Of a stretch of 64,000 nucleotides of DNA, positions 8,287 to 17,516 are shown piece by piece (within the stretch, counting starts at the first letter, position 1; every line of letters begins with the position of its first letter). The notes beneath the pieces are model-generated. The model saw only the letters and a program-made list of their open reading frames with translations, did not search any database and was not told the DNA's origin. Source of the DNA: a bacterium (GTDB lineage Bacteria; Fidelibacterota; Fidelibacteria; Fidelibacterales; Fidelibacteraceae); assembly GCA_963676395.1 (NCBI GenBank), contig OY781066.1:1888001-1952000 (forward strand), in the 5' to 3' direction. The position numbers and the translations under genes were made by a program.

Positions 8287-10677
8287 ATGATCGTTTCTAT
8301 AGATTGGTTAAAAGATTATGTTGAACTTGATATGCCTCTTGAAGAGCTGGCGGATAAATTAACCGTTGCCGGCCTTGAGTGCGTGATCAAAGAAGTGGGT
8401 AAAAGCATTCCCGAAGGTGTTGTGGTCGGTAAGGTTATCGAAAGAAAAGATCATCCTAATGCAGATTCTCTTTCGGTATGTAAAGTTGATATTGGCGCCC
8501 CCGAAGTATTGAATATTGTTTGCGGTGCTCTGAATGTCGATGCTGATCAGTTTGTACCTGTTGCAACCGTTGGCACACAGCTAACGCCCGATTTTAAGAT
8601 CAAAAAAGCAAAACTTCGCGGAGAACCCTCCATGGGTATGATTTGCGCAGAAGATGAGCTTGGTTTGGGTAACGATCATAGTGGTATTATTGTTTTGGAA
8701 GGTGAACATAAGCTCGGTACACCTTTTTCTGAATATTTTAAATCATCAAAGATCCTTGATGTTGATATCACCGCCAACCGGCCGGATGCAATGTCTCACT
8801 GGGGTGTCGCTCGTGAAATTGCTGCAATTTATGGAAAAGAATTTAAAAAGATCCCGGTTGAGTTAAAAGAAACCGGACCCTCTGTTAACGAGTTAGTTAA
8901 GATTGAGATCGCAGCTCCCGAAGCTTGCCCCCGTTATACTGCTCGTGTGGTACAGGATGTAAAGATCGGACCTTCACCCGAGTGGTTGGTACAGCGTCTC
9001 GAAGCCCTTGGCTTGAGAAGTATCAACAATGTCGTGGATGCTTCAAACTATGTTTTAATGGAAACCGGACATCCACTGCATGCGTTTGATTTTGATAAAC
9101 TCAAAGGTGCTCAGGTTAATGTTCGTTATGCTGCAAAGGGTGAAAAACTTATAACCATCGATCATAAAGAACGCGAATTATCGGAAGATATGTTGCTGAT
9201 CTGCGACGGCGAAGAAGCTATTGCGCTTGCAGGTATCATGGGTGGTACGGAATCCGAAGTATCCGATGAGACAGTGAATGTGCTAATCGAATCAGCCTAT
9301 TTTGAACCGGCTGTGATACGAAAAGGATCAAAGCAACAACAATTGCCTACTGACGCTTCAAAACGATTCGAGCGTGGTACGGATCCGAATGAAACACTTG
9401 TTTATGCCCAGGATCGTCTTGCAGCCTTGATCTTGGAATTGGCAGGTGGTACACTTGCAAAAGGCATGATCGATGTCTATCCCGAACCTATTGCAAAAAA
9501 TACTGCAAAACTCCGTGTTGATAATGTTAAGCGAATCACCGGTGTTGATATTTCAAAAGAAAAATGTATTGAAACCCTTGAAGCATTGGAATTTAATGTG
9601 CTTGAAGATAACGATAATGTTTTGACGGTTGAGATTCCTTCTTTCCGTCCCGACGTAGATCGTGAGATTGATCTTGTGGAAGAAGTTTTAAGGGTTGATC
9701 ATCTTGATAAGATCCCTTCTATGAGTCGTATGACCATTTCTGTAGCCGAAGAATATGATAAATTTCATCCTTTTTTAAGTGATATTCGTTCGTTTTTTGT
9801 TGGCTTGGGAATGCATGAAGCGGTTAATAACTCTCTCGTTAATGAAGAGATGGGAAACAAGAATATTTGGGGTTATCAACCTCTTAAGATTTTGAATCCG
9901 CTCTCTAATGAGATGAATCATTTACGCGCTGATATGATTCAGCCTCTGCTGACCTCGCTTCGTGCGAATGCGCTGAAAAAAAGGACCAATATTCGCCTAT
10001 TCGAATTGGCAAATGTTATTGAAAAGAACGATTACAGCGATACAAAAGCTGTTGAACATTATAATTTAGGCGTTTTATGCTCTGCACCTGTATTTGGACT
10101 AAATTGGACAGGTGAAGATAAAGCTGCCGACCTGTTTTACATGAAAGGTATTTTAGACCGCTTGTTGTCTAAACTGAATTTCAATTACAAATTAAAAGAA
10201 AATACGAATCGCGATGAATTTGAAGTTCTTTATGATGTCGTTGTTCGTAAATCTGTTGTAGGTAAGATTGGTCAGTATAAAGCCGATTATTTCGAAAAGC
10301 TACAGTTGCAATATCCTGCTGTGGTAATGGAATTGCAGGTGGCAAAATTGTTTAATTGGTATAATCCCAAGAAACAGTATCAACCGGTTCCACAATTTCC
10401 CTCTATGTTTCGCGATATGTCATTGGTCGTGGACAAAAAGTGCAAATCAGCCACAATTCTGAATGAAATTAATCAGAGCGGAGGTAAATATCTGGTTGAC
10501 CTTGTGCTATATGATGTGTACATTGACGATGAAAAATTAGGTAAAGACAAAAAAGCACTCTCACTACGTTTGGAATTCAGGTCAGAGGAGATGACATTGA
10601 AGGATAAATTAGTTGATGATGTGATGAATAAATTGTTTGAAAGGCTTAAAAATCAATATGGAGCTCAACTGAGGTAA
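8287..10677 (+). CDS. pheT: Phenylalanyl-tRNA synthetase beta subunit
   Basis: HPNADSL, ITANRPD, GHPLHAFD, RFERG, B5 and FDX-ACB domains. Confidence 0.97.
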   Translation: MIVSIDWLKDYVELDMPLEELADKLTVAGLECVIKEVGKSIPEGVVVGKVIERKDHPNADSLSVCKVDIGAPEVLNIVCGALNVDADQFVPVATVGTQLTPDFKIKKAKLRGEPSMGMICAEDELGLGNDHSGIIVLEGEHKLGTPFSEYFKSSKILDVDITANRPDAMSHWGVAREIAAIYGKEFKKIPVELKETGPSVNELVKIEIAAPEACPRYTARVVQDVKIGPSPEWLVQRLEALGLRSINNVVDASNYVLMETGHPLHAFDFDKLKGAQVNVRYAAKGEKLITIDHKERELSEDMLLICDGEEAIALAGIMGGTESEVSDETVNVLIESAYFEPAVIRKGSKQQQLPTDASKRFERGTDPNETLVYAQDRLAALILELAGGTLAKGMIDVYPEPIAKNTAKLRVDNVKRITGVDISKEKCIETLEALEFNVLEDNDNVLTVEIPSFRPDVDREIDLVEEVLRVDHLDKIPSMSRMTISVAEEYDKFHPFLSDIRSFFVGLGMHEAVNNSLVNEEMGNKNIWGYQPLKILNPLSNEMNHLRADMIQPLLTSLRANALKKRTNIRLFELANVIEKNDYSDTKAVEHYNLGVLCSAPVFGLNWTGEDKAADLFYMKGILDRLLSKLNFNYKLKENTNRDEFEVLYDVVVRKSVVGKIGQYKADYFEKLQLQYPAVVMELQVAKLFNWYNPKKQYQPVPQFPSMFRDMSLVVDKKCKSATILNEINQSGGKYLVDLVLYDVYIDDEKLGKDKKALSLRLEFRSEEMTLKDKLVDDVMNKLFERLKNQYGAQLR

Positions 10678-10853
10678 TGGATATAAGCTCTTTTGAATTA
10701 TTGGAAAAAAAACTACACCAGGCCCTGGAGATCCTTGCGGACAAACAACAGGGCAGTTCTCCGGATTCGGTGATTCTTTCTAAGGATCAGGTAAAGCGAA
10801 TTACGGAGAAATTGGCGCAAATATCGGAATGGATCGAAAATGCGGAAGTATAA
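10677..10853 (+). CDS. Small 58-aa helical protein in the ZapB position (not in ORF track)
   Basis: ATG overlaps pheT stop (TAATG); MDISSFELLEKKLHQALEILADKQQ...QVKRITEKLAQISEWIENAEV; sits between pheT and zapA. Confidence 0.7.
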   Translation: MDISSFELLEKKLHQALEILADKQQGSSPDSVILSKDQVKRITEKLAQISEWIENAEV

Positions 10854-11175
10854 TCCTGACCCCAACACCGTGGAGATGCAATTTCCCGAGGCGAAACACC
10901 TGAAAGTAAATATTTACGGACAGGAATTTCCGCTTAAGGGTAAAGAGCCCGAATTCATTCTCAAAGTGGCAGAATACGTGAACGATAAAATGATGGAAGT
11001 GGGGGCGAATATGCCCGGTACCACGCCATTGGATAAGATCGCGATCATTGCGGCTTTGAATATTGCCGGTGAATTATTTCAATTGAAGCAAAGTAACCAA
11101 TCTACTGAGGAATTTGTTCAAGAAAGATCAGAATCAATGATCTCAATGATCGATGATTTCCTCAAGACCACCTAA
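10840..11175 (+). CDS. zapA: Cell division protein ZapA
   Basis: VNIYGQEFPL, VAEYVNDKM, IAIIAALNIAGELF; pheT-zapA-rny synteny. Confidence 0.88.
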   Translation: MRKYNPDPNTVEMQFPEAKHLKVNIYGQEFPLKGKEPEFILKVAEYVNDKMMEVGANMPGTTPLDKIAIIAALNIAGELFQLKQSNQSTEEFVQERSESMISMIDDFLKTT

Positions 11176-11207
11176 GTTAGACTCCATTTAATTAAAAGGA
11201 GTTAACT

Positions 11208-12758
11208 ATGAATATAGGCGTCGTAATAGCTATTGCGGGAGCAGCAGCGTTATTGGCAGCATTTATTGTTTTTATGATCTATCGATCCAAGATTGGTAGT
11301 CTTAAGCACTATAAATTCGATATGATGGAAAGCGCAAGAAAAGAGGGTGAGACTCATAAGAAAGAGCTTATTCTCGAAGCAAAAGATGAAGCGCTGAGGA
11401 TCAAACAAAAATCAGAAGATGAATATAACGAAAAACTTCGTGACCTGAGAAATTCTGAACGTGATATGCAAAAACGTGAAAGTGATCTGGACCGTAAGAT
11501 CGAACGCGTTGATCAGAGATATGATACACTTCAAAAGTTGGATGATGATTTAAAGAAAAAAGATAAAGATCTAAACCAACGCGAAAATGAGATCGAAAAG
11601 CTGATTGATGAACAGCAGATAAAACTGGAAAGTATTGCCGGTTTATCACGTGAAGAAGCCAAGCAGACTTTAAAAGATTCTTTATATGAAAAAGCGCGTA
11701 TCGAAGCGCAGGTAAAAGTAAAAGATATTAAAGAAGCTGCTGTTTTGAATGCCAATAAGGAAGCAAAGAAGATCATTATTGAAGCTATTCAAAGATCTGC
11801 AGCAGATCATACTTCAGAATCTACTGTTGCGGTTGTTCCTCTTCCTAACGATCAAATGAAAGGTCGGGTAATTGGCCGTGAAGGTCGTAATATCCGCCAT
11901 TTTGAAGCTTTAACCGGTATTGAATTGATTGTTGATGACACACCCGAAGCCGTAGTCCTTTCGGGTTTTGATCCCGTACGTCGTGAAGTGGCCCGCTTGG
12001 CTCTGGAAAAATTAATTGCTGATGGTCGTATTCATCCCGCCCGTATTGAAGAAATGATTGAAAAGGCAACCAAAGAAGTTGAAGAATCCATCATTCAAGC
12101 GGCCGAAGAAGCGACACTTGAATTACAATTACCTCCATTTAATGCTGAAATGATGCATTACATTGGTTCATTGAAATATCGTACATCCTACGGACAGAAT
12201 ATTTTGAAACACTGTATTGAAGTTGGCTGGATATGTGGATTGATGGCCGCTGAATTGGGTATGGATGGACAAATGGCAAAACGAGCCGGTTTCTTGCATG
12301 ATATTGGTAAGGCTATTGACAGAAATGTTGAAGGAACTCACGCTCTTATCGGTGGTGAGATTGCCAGAAGAAATAAAGAAGATAAGATTGTTGTGAATGC
12401 CATTGAGGCTCATCACGAAGAAGTCGAAATGAAATATCCGATTTCTGCTCTGGTACAGGCTGCCGATTCCATTAGTGGTTCACGTCGCGGTGCTCGCGGA
12501 CAGACATTGGAAAATTATATTCACCGTATGGAAAAACTTGAAGAGATTTCAAATGGTTTCAAAGGTGTTAATAAAACGTATGCTATTCAGGCCGGTCGTG
12601 AAGTTCGCGTGATCGTGGAAGAAAATCAGATCGATGATGCGGCGTCAGATCTTCTTGCTGAAGATATTGCAAATAAAATTCAAGCAGAATTGACTTATCC
12701 GGGGCAGATCAAGGTAACCGTACTTCGTGAACATCGATCCATCGGATACGCAAAATAA
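11208..12758 (+). CDS. rny: Ribonuclease Y
   Basis: N-terminal TM anchor, coiled coil, KH (KGRVIGREGRNIR), HD (FLHDIGK), YAIQAGREVRV. Confidence 0.97.
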   Translation: MNIGVVIAIAGAAALLAAFIVFMIYRSKIGSLKHYKFDMMESARKEGETHKKELILEAKDEALRIKQKSEDEYNEKLRDLRNSERDMQKRESDLDRKIERVDQRYDTLQKLDDDLKKKDKDLNQRENEIEKLIDEQQIKLESIAGLSREEAKQTLKDSLYEKARIEAQVKVKDIKEAAVLNANKEAKKIIIEAIQRSAADHTSESTVAVVPLPNDQMKGRVIGREGRNIRHFEALTGIELIVDDTPEAVVLSGFDPVRREVARLALEKLIADGRIHPARIEEMIEKATKEVEESIIQAAEEATLELQLPPFNAEMMHYIGSLKYRTSYGQNILKHCIEVGWICGLMAAELGMDGQMAKRAGFLHDIGKAIDRNVEGTHALIGGEIARRNKEDKIVVNAIEAHHEEVEMKYPISALVQAADSISGSRRGARGQTLENYIHRMEKLEEISNGFKGVNKTYAIQAGREVRVIVEENQIDDAASDLLAEDIANKIQAELTYPGQIKVTVLREHRSIGYAK

Positions 12759-12766
12759 AGGAAAAC

Positions 12767-13651
12767 ATGGAAACAACGATCTTAGGTGGCAAAGTTGTGG
12801 CCGAGGCTGTAAAAGAGAGTTTAAAACCTCGGATAGATACATGTAAGCAAAAGGGGTTGCATCCTGGATTAGTGGTTGTGTTGGTCGGAGAAGATCCCGC
12901 ATCGAAAGTTTATGTCAGGAATAAGGGGCGGGCCTGTGAGGCACTGGGTATCTATTCCGAGACCCTAAGATTGCCTGCCGAAACAACTCAGGACGAACTG
13001 AATGCACTCGTTGATAAATTGAATAAAGACGATCGTTTTCATGGTATTCTTGTACAAATGCCTTTGCCAAAACACTTGAATGAAACTGAGATCATTGAGC
13101 GTATTGCTCCAGAAAAAGATGTAGATGGTTTTCATCCCATGAATGTTGGTAGATTAGTACAAGGTCACGGGAGGCTACTTCCTTGTACACCAGCCGGTGT
13201 GGTTGAACTGTTAAAATATTATAATGTTGAGACTCAAGGGAAACATGTAGTTGTGGTTGGTCGTTCTAATATCGTTGGCAAACCTATGTTAAACCTGATG
13301 TATCAAAAGGCAGACTACGCTAATTCAACCGTTACCATCTGTCATACCGGTACAAAGGATATTAAATTTTACACTCTTCAGGCTGATATATTGATTGTGG
13401 CTGCCGGTGTACCCGAAATGATTACCAAAGATATGGTTAAAGAAGGTGCCGTAGTTGTTGATGTTGGTATGAACCGAGTTGATGACGCCAGCAAAGAAAA
13501 AGGTTATCGCTTGACAGGTGATGTGGCTTATGAAGAAGTAAAAGAGCATTGTACTGCGATAACTCCCGTTCCCGGTGGAGTGGGGTTGATGACCATTGCA
13601 ATGTTAATGAGTAATACGGTGCAGGCTGCTGAAGATATGTTAAATAAGTAA
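12767..13651 (+). CDS. folD: Methylenetetrahydrofolate dehydrogenase/cyclohydrolase
   Basis: KDVDGFHP, PCTPAG, GRSNIVGKP, TPVPGGVG. Confidence 0.97.
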   Translation: METTILGGKVVAEAVKESLKPRIDTCKQKGLHPGLVVVLVGEDPASKVYVRNKGRACEALGIYSETLRLPAETTQDELNALVDKLNKDDRFHGILVQMPLPKHLNETEIIERIAPEKDVDGFHPMNVGRLVQGHGRLLPCTPAGVVELLKYYNVETQGKHVVVVGRSNIVGKPMLNLMYQKADYANSTVTICHTGTKDIKFYTLQADILIVAAGVPEMITKDMVKEGAVVVDVGMNRVDDASKEKGYRLTGDVAYEEVKEHCTAITPVPGGVGLMTIAMLMSNTVQAAEDMLNK

Positions 13652-13655
13652 ACCA

Positions 13656-16600
13656 ATGGCAAATAAAAGACCAAGACGATACATTTTTGTATTTATACTG
13701 ATTCTATTATTAGGATCCACCGGTATCTTTTTAACTAAAACAGATGCCGGTTTTACTTTTGTATATAAAATTGTTCAAACACAATTAGATCGTCAATATG
13801 GTCTTGATCTGTCAATTAAATCTATTTCAACTCCCATGAGAACGCAATTTGAAGCCGATCAATTGAAATTTGCAAATGCGGATTCTTCATTGGTTTTAAC
13901 CATTGATACTCTAAATATTAATTATTCGGGGATCTTTGAACTATTCGGTCGTCGCCAATTAGATATTCTTACTTTGATTGAACCCGATATTAGTATATAT
14001 ATTAGAGATAATGGGCAGAGTCCAAACGAAATAAAAGAGATCGAATTTCCTCAATTTTTAATCCATACGATAAATGTGGAGAGAGCAACAGTTCACATTT
14101 ATACTCCAGATACATTGATCCATCAAAGGATTGATGATCTTTCCTGTCATTATTCCGGTAAAAAAGATGGAGCTAGGATTGAAATATTTCATCTGGATTT
14201 AAAAAATGAAGATCTCGGCATCAGTATTAAAGATCTATCTTCAGAAATAAGTTTTAAGCGAGATATCGCAAAACTCAGAAATTTAAAATTTAGTATTAAT
14301 GAATCGAAAATTTCATCTCAAGGTAAGATCAGATACGTAAATCCAATGCGTTTTCAACTAAAGTTTGATGTAAATAATTTTAGAATAGAAGAATTTGTCG
14401 ACCTCCCTTTGGTTCATATGAACGATAAAATTGATCTATCTGTAGATATGCAAGGAAATTTTAAGGAGTTCACTGCATTAATGGATGTAGAAGGCAATTT
14501 GAATGAAATGCCCATAAAAAAAACACATTTAAATTTAGAATATAAGGATGAATACATTCACCTCTTAGAGGGCGTTTTTACAAATGATCAAAATAATCTA
14601 TCTTTTTATGGTTCTTACGGCCTAAAAGACCAATATTTTTCAGGAAGTTTAATTTCTCATGAGCTTACTTTAGCAGATTGGATCACCAATGTACCGGAAT
14701 TTAATTTGCAAGGATATCTGAGAGCCAATGGATACTTGAATTCGCAGATCAAACTAAATTATGACCTTGATTGCTTTGATTTATATGATCTTGATAAAGC
14801 AAATTTTGCCGGAAATATTTTATTTGATCAGTTGGATAAAATAGTGATCGACAGTACTAACAGATTATTATTGGCAGAAGGTGCTGTTCGTTACCAAGGA
14901 AGTATTTTTGATCTAAATGAATTGGATATTCATATTAAAGGTGATGTAGACAAAATCAGTGCCTTAGAAATTCCGGGAATAGAACAATTTAATGCTGATA
15001 CCTTATTGATGACGTTGAATGTCAAGGGCGAGATCAGAGATCCTGATATTGAAATGACCTTTAATTTAGATACCTTAAAGTATAATAACATTAATGTTGA
15101 GAATCTTAATGTTTCGCTTTTTTCAAAAAATACCATCACTCAACCCGGTGGTGCACTTTTGGTTAGTATGGATAATTTTGGTGTGGATTCCATAACACTT
15201 GGAGAAATCCAAACCTATGTTCATATGCAGGAAGATTTTATTGAATTGGATTATCTTGATATTGCGCATGAAAATTATAATTTGAGTTTATCGGGAACTG
15301 TTGATAATTACAGCAAATTCGTTATAAATAGAATGCAAGGAGTTTACCAAGGCGAAGAAGTATATTTACTTGAGCCGGTAAGTTTTTCTATCGAAGACGA
15401 TAAATATTCTTTATCACGTTTTGACATACTTTACCGTGATGCTTTACTATATGGTGTTTTTGATGTCATAGGTGATAGTCTGAAAGGATCCGTTAATATT
15501 GCGGGAGCTGAGTTGAATTCGCTTCCATTGCTCCCATCTTTTGTTGATAGTATAAATGGGGTTCTGGACATGAGTATTGATGTGAACGGCAGTATGAGCG
15601 ATCCAAGTATTGAAATGGGAATACAGTTAAAGAGAGCTCATGCTTTGGGATTGGAAGCCAAGAAGATTCGATCTGAAATGTCCTACAAAGATTCATTGGT
15701 TCATATTCAACAATTAAATATGGAAATAGATGATGAGCGAGTAATTGCCTTAAATGGTATTATGCCTCTGGGGATTAATTTTAATTCCAAAGAAATAATA
15801 ACTCTGATTGATGATGATTCACTTTTTGTAGAACTTCAACTGGATAAAGTTCGTTTGGAAAAACTTTTGCCTTTTGTACTGCCTTTCTTGCATATTGTTG
15901 GAGAGGCCGATGGCCGGGGGATTATAAGTGGTACTATTAATGATCCGATCATGGATGCAGACCTGGCAATATACGATCCAGAGATCGAGTTGATCACCGC
16001 TGACTCAATACATGCAAACTATCATTATAGTGATGAACGAATTTATTTTAATGATGTGGATTTATATGCAAATAATGGCTTTTATCAGGGGAATGCTAAC
16101 TTCTATATGGATCTTAGACTGCAAACAGATCAAGAGCGATATCAGCCGGATTCATCTATCTACGCTTATGTTAAGGGGCATGATGATGAAATGATATATT
16201 TAACACCTTTCATTGATCCTATTGAATCTTTAAGTGGTGATTTTTACACTGAGATGGAAATGAGAGGGAATTTTAACGAAACATACAAAGATGCAAAGTT
16301 AACGATAGAGAACGGAGCATTGGTGATAGATATTCTTGGTAACGAAATACGGAATATTTCCGGCTACGGGATCATGAAAGATAATATTGCTCAAGTTCAT
16401 TTAAGAGGATTGCTTCCAAGTAAAACTTATTCACTGGCAAATATTCTTGGATTTGAAGAGTCTGATAGCAATTTTACAGTTGATGGAACATTGGATATGA
16501 GATATTTGATCTCTCCCCGATTCGATCTTAATTTTTCTGGAGAACAACTATCAATTGTAACCTTGGATGAAAATGTTAATTTGACTACCGAAAATGTTGA

Positions 16601-17516
16601 TTTGGACATTACAGGTAGAGATACACTCACCGTTACGGGAGATGTTACTTTATCTGAGGGATCTATTGAATACGGTTTTAATCGCTCTGCTCCAACAGCC
16701 TCAGCTCCTCCTTCAGAATATGAAGGAATAAAAACCGCCTATTCTATTAATGCAATGGTTGATAAAATTTATTTTAGAAATCAATTGCTGGATGTTACTC
16801 TTAACGGAGAGATGTTATTACAAAAATATCCCAATGAAGTCAGGACTCGTATGGGGGGAGAATTAGAAGTAACAGAAGGTTTTTTCAACTACTGGGCGTC
16901 TGTTTTTACACTTGAACAAGGTTCGAGCCTTATTTTAGATCAGTTTGAAAATAATCATCAATTAAATTTTATTGCGAATAAAGAAATAACAGTCGAAGGT
17001 GAACGCAATACAATTATCGCCTCAATTACCGGCGAATTGAATAATCCGGAAATAAATTTTACCGATGATAATGGTGAATTATCACAAGCTCAAATTGTTC
17101 AAGCACTTACTGTAGGAGAAATACAGAACGTTCTTGGTGATTTTACTCCCGGTGGAGGACCCGACGAAGATTTTACGCTTGGTGTTGCAAATGCGTTATT
17201 AACCTTATCAGAGGTTCCTATTGAACAACAAGCACGTCAAATTGGTTCTGCTGGTGGTTTAGATCGTATCGATATTAAAAGTGGTACAGGCGGAACCTAT
17301 ATTAAAAACGGAACAAACGGAACTTATATTGACAAAACTGCAGCCTTGGTAATTGGTGGTCGTATTGGAAGGAATTTTTATTTGACTTATGAAGCATCAC
17401 AAGCAAATCTTATGAATATGGAATTTGAGTATAGGTTAAATAACAAGGTAGCTATTGTTGGTGCAGCTGATATGAAAAAAGTTGAAGGTGCTGTTCGTTT
17501 GAGGTTACAGTATTAA
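13656..17516 (+). CDS. tamB: TamB/AsmA-like translocation and assembly module protein
   Basis: N-terminal TM anchor, long beta-rich repetitive body, DUF490-like C-terminus; TAATG-coupled to an Omp85 gene. Confidence 0.75.
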   Translation: MANKRPRRYIFVFILILLLGSTGIFLTKTDAGFTFVYKIVQTQLDRQYGLDLSIKSISTPMRTQFEADQLKFANADSSLVLTIDTLNINYSGIFELFGRRQLDILTLIEPDISIYIRDNGQSPNEIKEIEFPQFLIHTINVERATVHIYTPDTLIHQRIDDLSCHYSGKKDGARIEIFHLDLKNEDLGISIKDLSSEISFKRDIAKLRNLKFSINESKISSQGKIRYVNPMRFQLKFDVNNFRIEEFVDLPLVHMNDKIDLSVDMQGNFKEFTALMDVEGNLNEMPIKKTHLNLEYKDEYIHLLEGVFTNDQNNLSFYGSYGLKDQYFSGSLISHELTLADWITNVPEFNLQGYLRANGYLNSQIKLNYDLDCFDLYDLDKANFAGNILFDQLDKIVIDSTNRLLLAEGAVRYQGSIFDLNELDIHIKGDVDKISALEIPGIEQFNADTLLMTLNVKGEIRDPDIEMTFNLDTLKYNNINVENLNVSLFSKNTITQPGGALLVSMDNFGVDSITLGEIQTYVHMQEDFIELDYLDIAHENYNLSLSGTVDNYSKFVINRMQGVYQGEEVYLLEPVSFSIEDDKYSLSRFDILYRDALLYGVFDVIGDSLKGSVNIAGAELNSLPLLPSFVDSINGVLDMSIDVNGSMSDPSIEMGIQLKRAHALGLEAKKIRSEMSYKDSLVHIQQLNMEIDDERVIALNGIMPLGINFNSKEIITLIDDDSLFVELQLDKVRLEKLLPFVLPFLHIVGEADGRGIISGTINDPIMDADLAIYDPEIELITADSIHANYHYSDERIYFNDVDLYANNGFYQGNANFYMDLRLQTDQERYQPDSSIYAYVKGHDDEMIYLTPFIDPIESLSGDFYTEMEMRGNFNETYKDAKLTIENGALVIDILGNEIRNISGYGIMKDNIAQVHLRGLLPSKTYSLANILGFEESDSNFTVDGTLDMRYLISPRFDLNFSGEQLSIVTLDENVNLTTENVDLDITGRDTLTVTGDVTLSEGSIEYGFNRSAPTASAPPSEYEGIKTAYSINAMVDKIYFRNQLLDVTLNGEMLLQKYPNEVRTRMGGELEVTEGFFNYWASVFTLEQGSSLILDQFENNHQLNFIANKEITVEGERNTIIASITGELNNPEINFTDDNGELSQAQIVQALTVGEIQNVLGDFTPGGGPDEDFTLGVANALLTLSEVPIEQQARQIGSAGGLDRIDIKSGTGGTYIKNGTNGTYIDKTAALVIGGRIGRNFYLTYEASQANLMNMEFEYRLNNKVAIVGAADMKKVEGAVRLRLQY

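Noticed and set aside
11176..11207. 6S RNA, often found after zapA
   Set aside because: Only 32 nt separate zapA and rny, leaving no room
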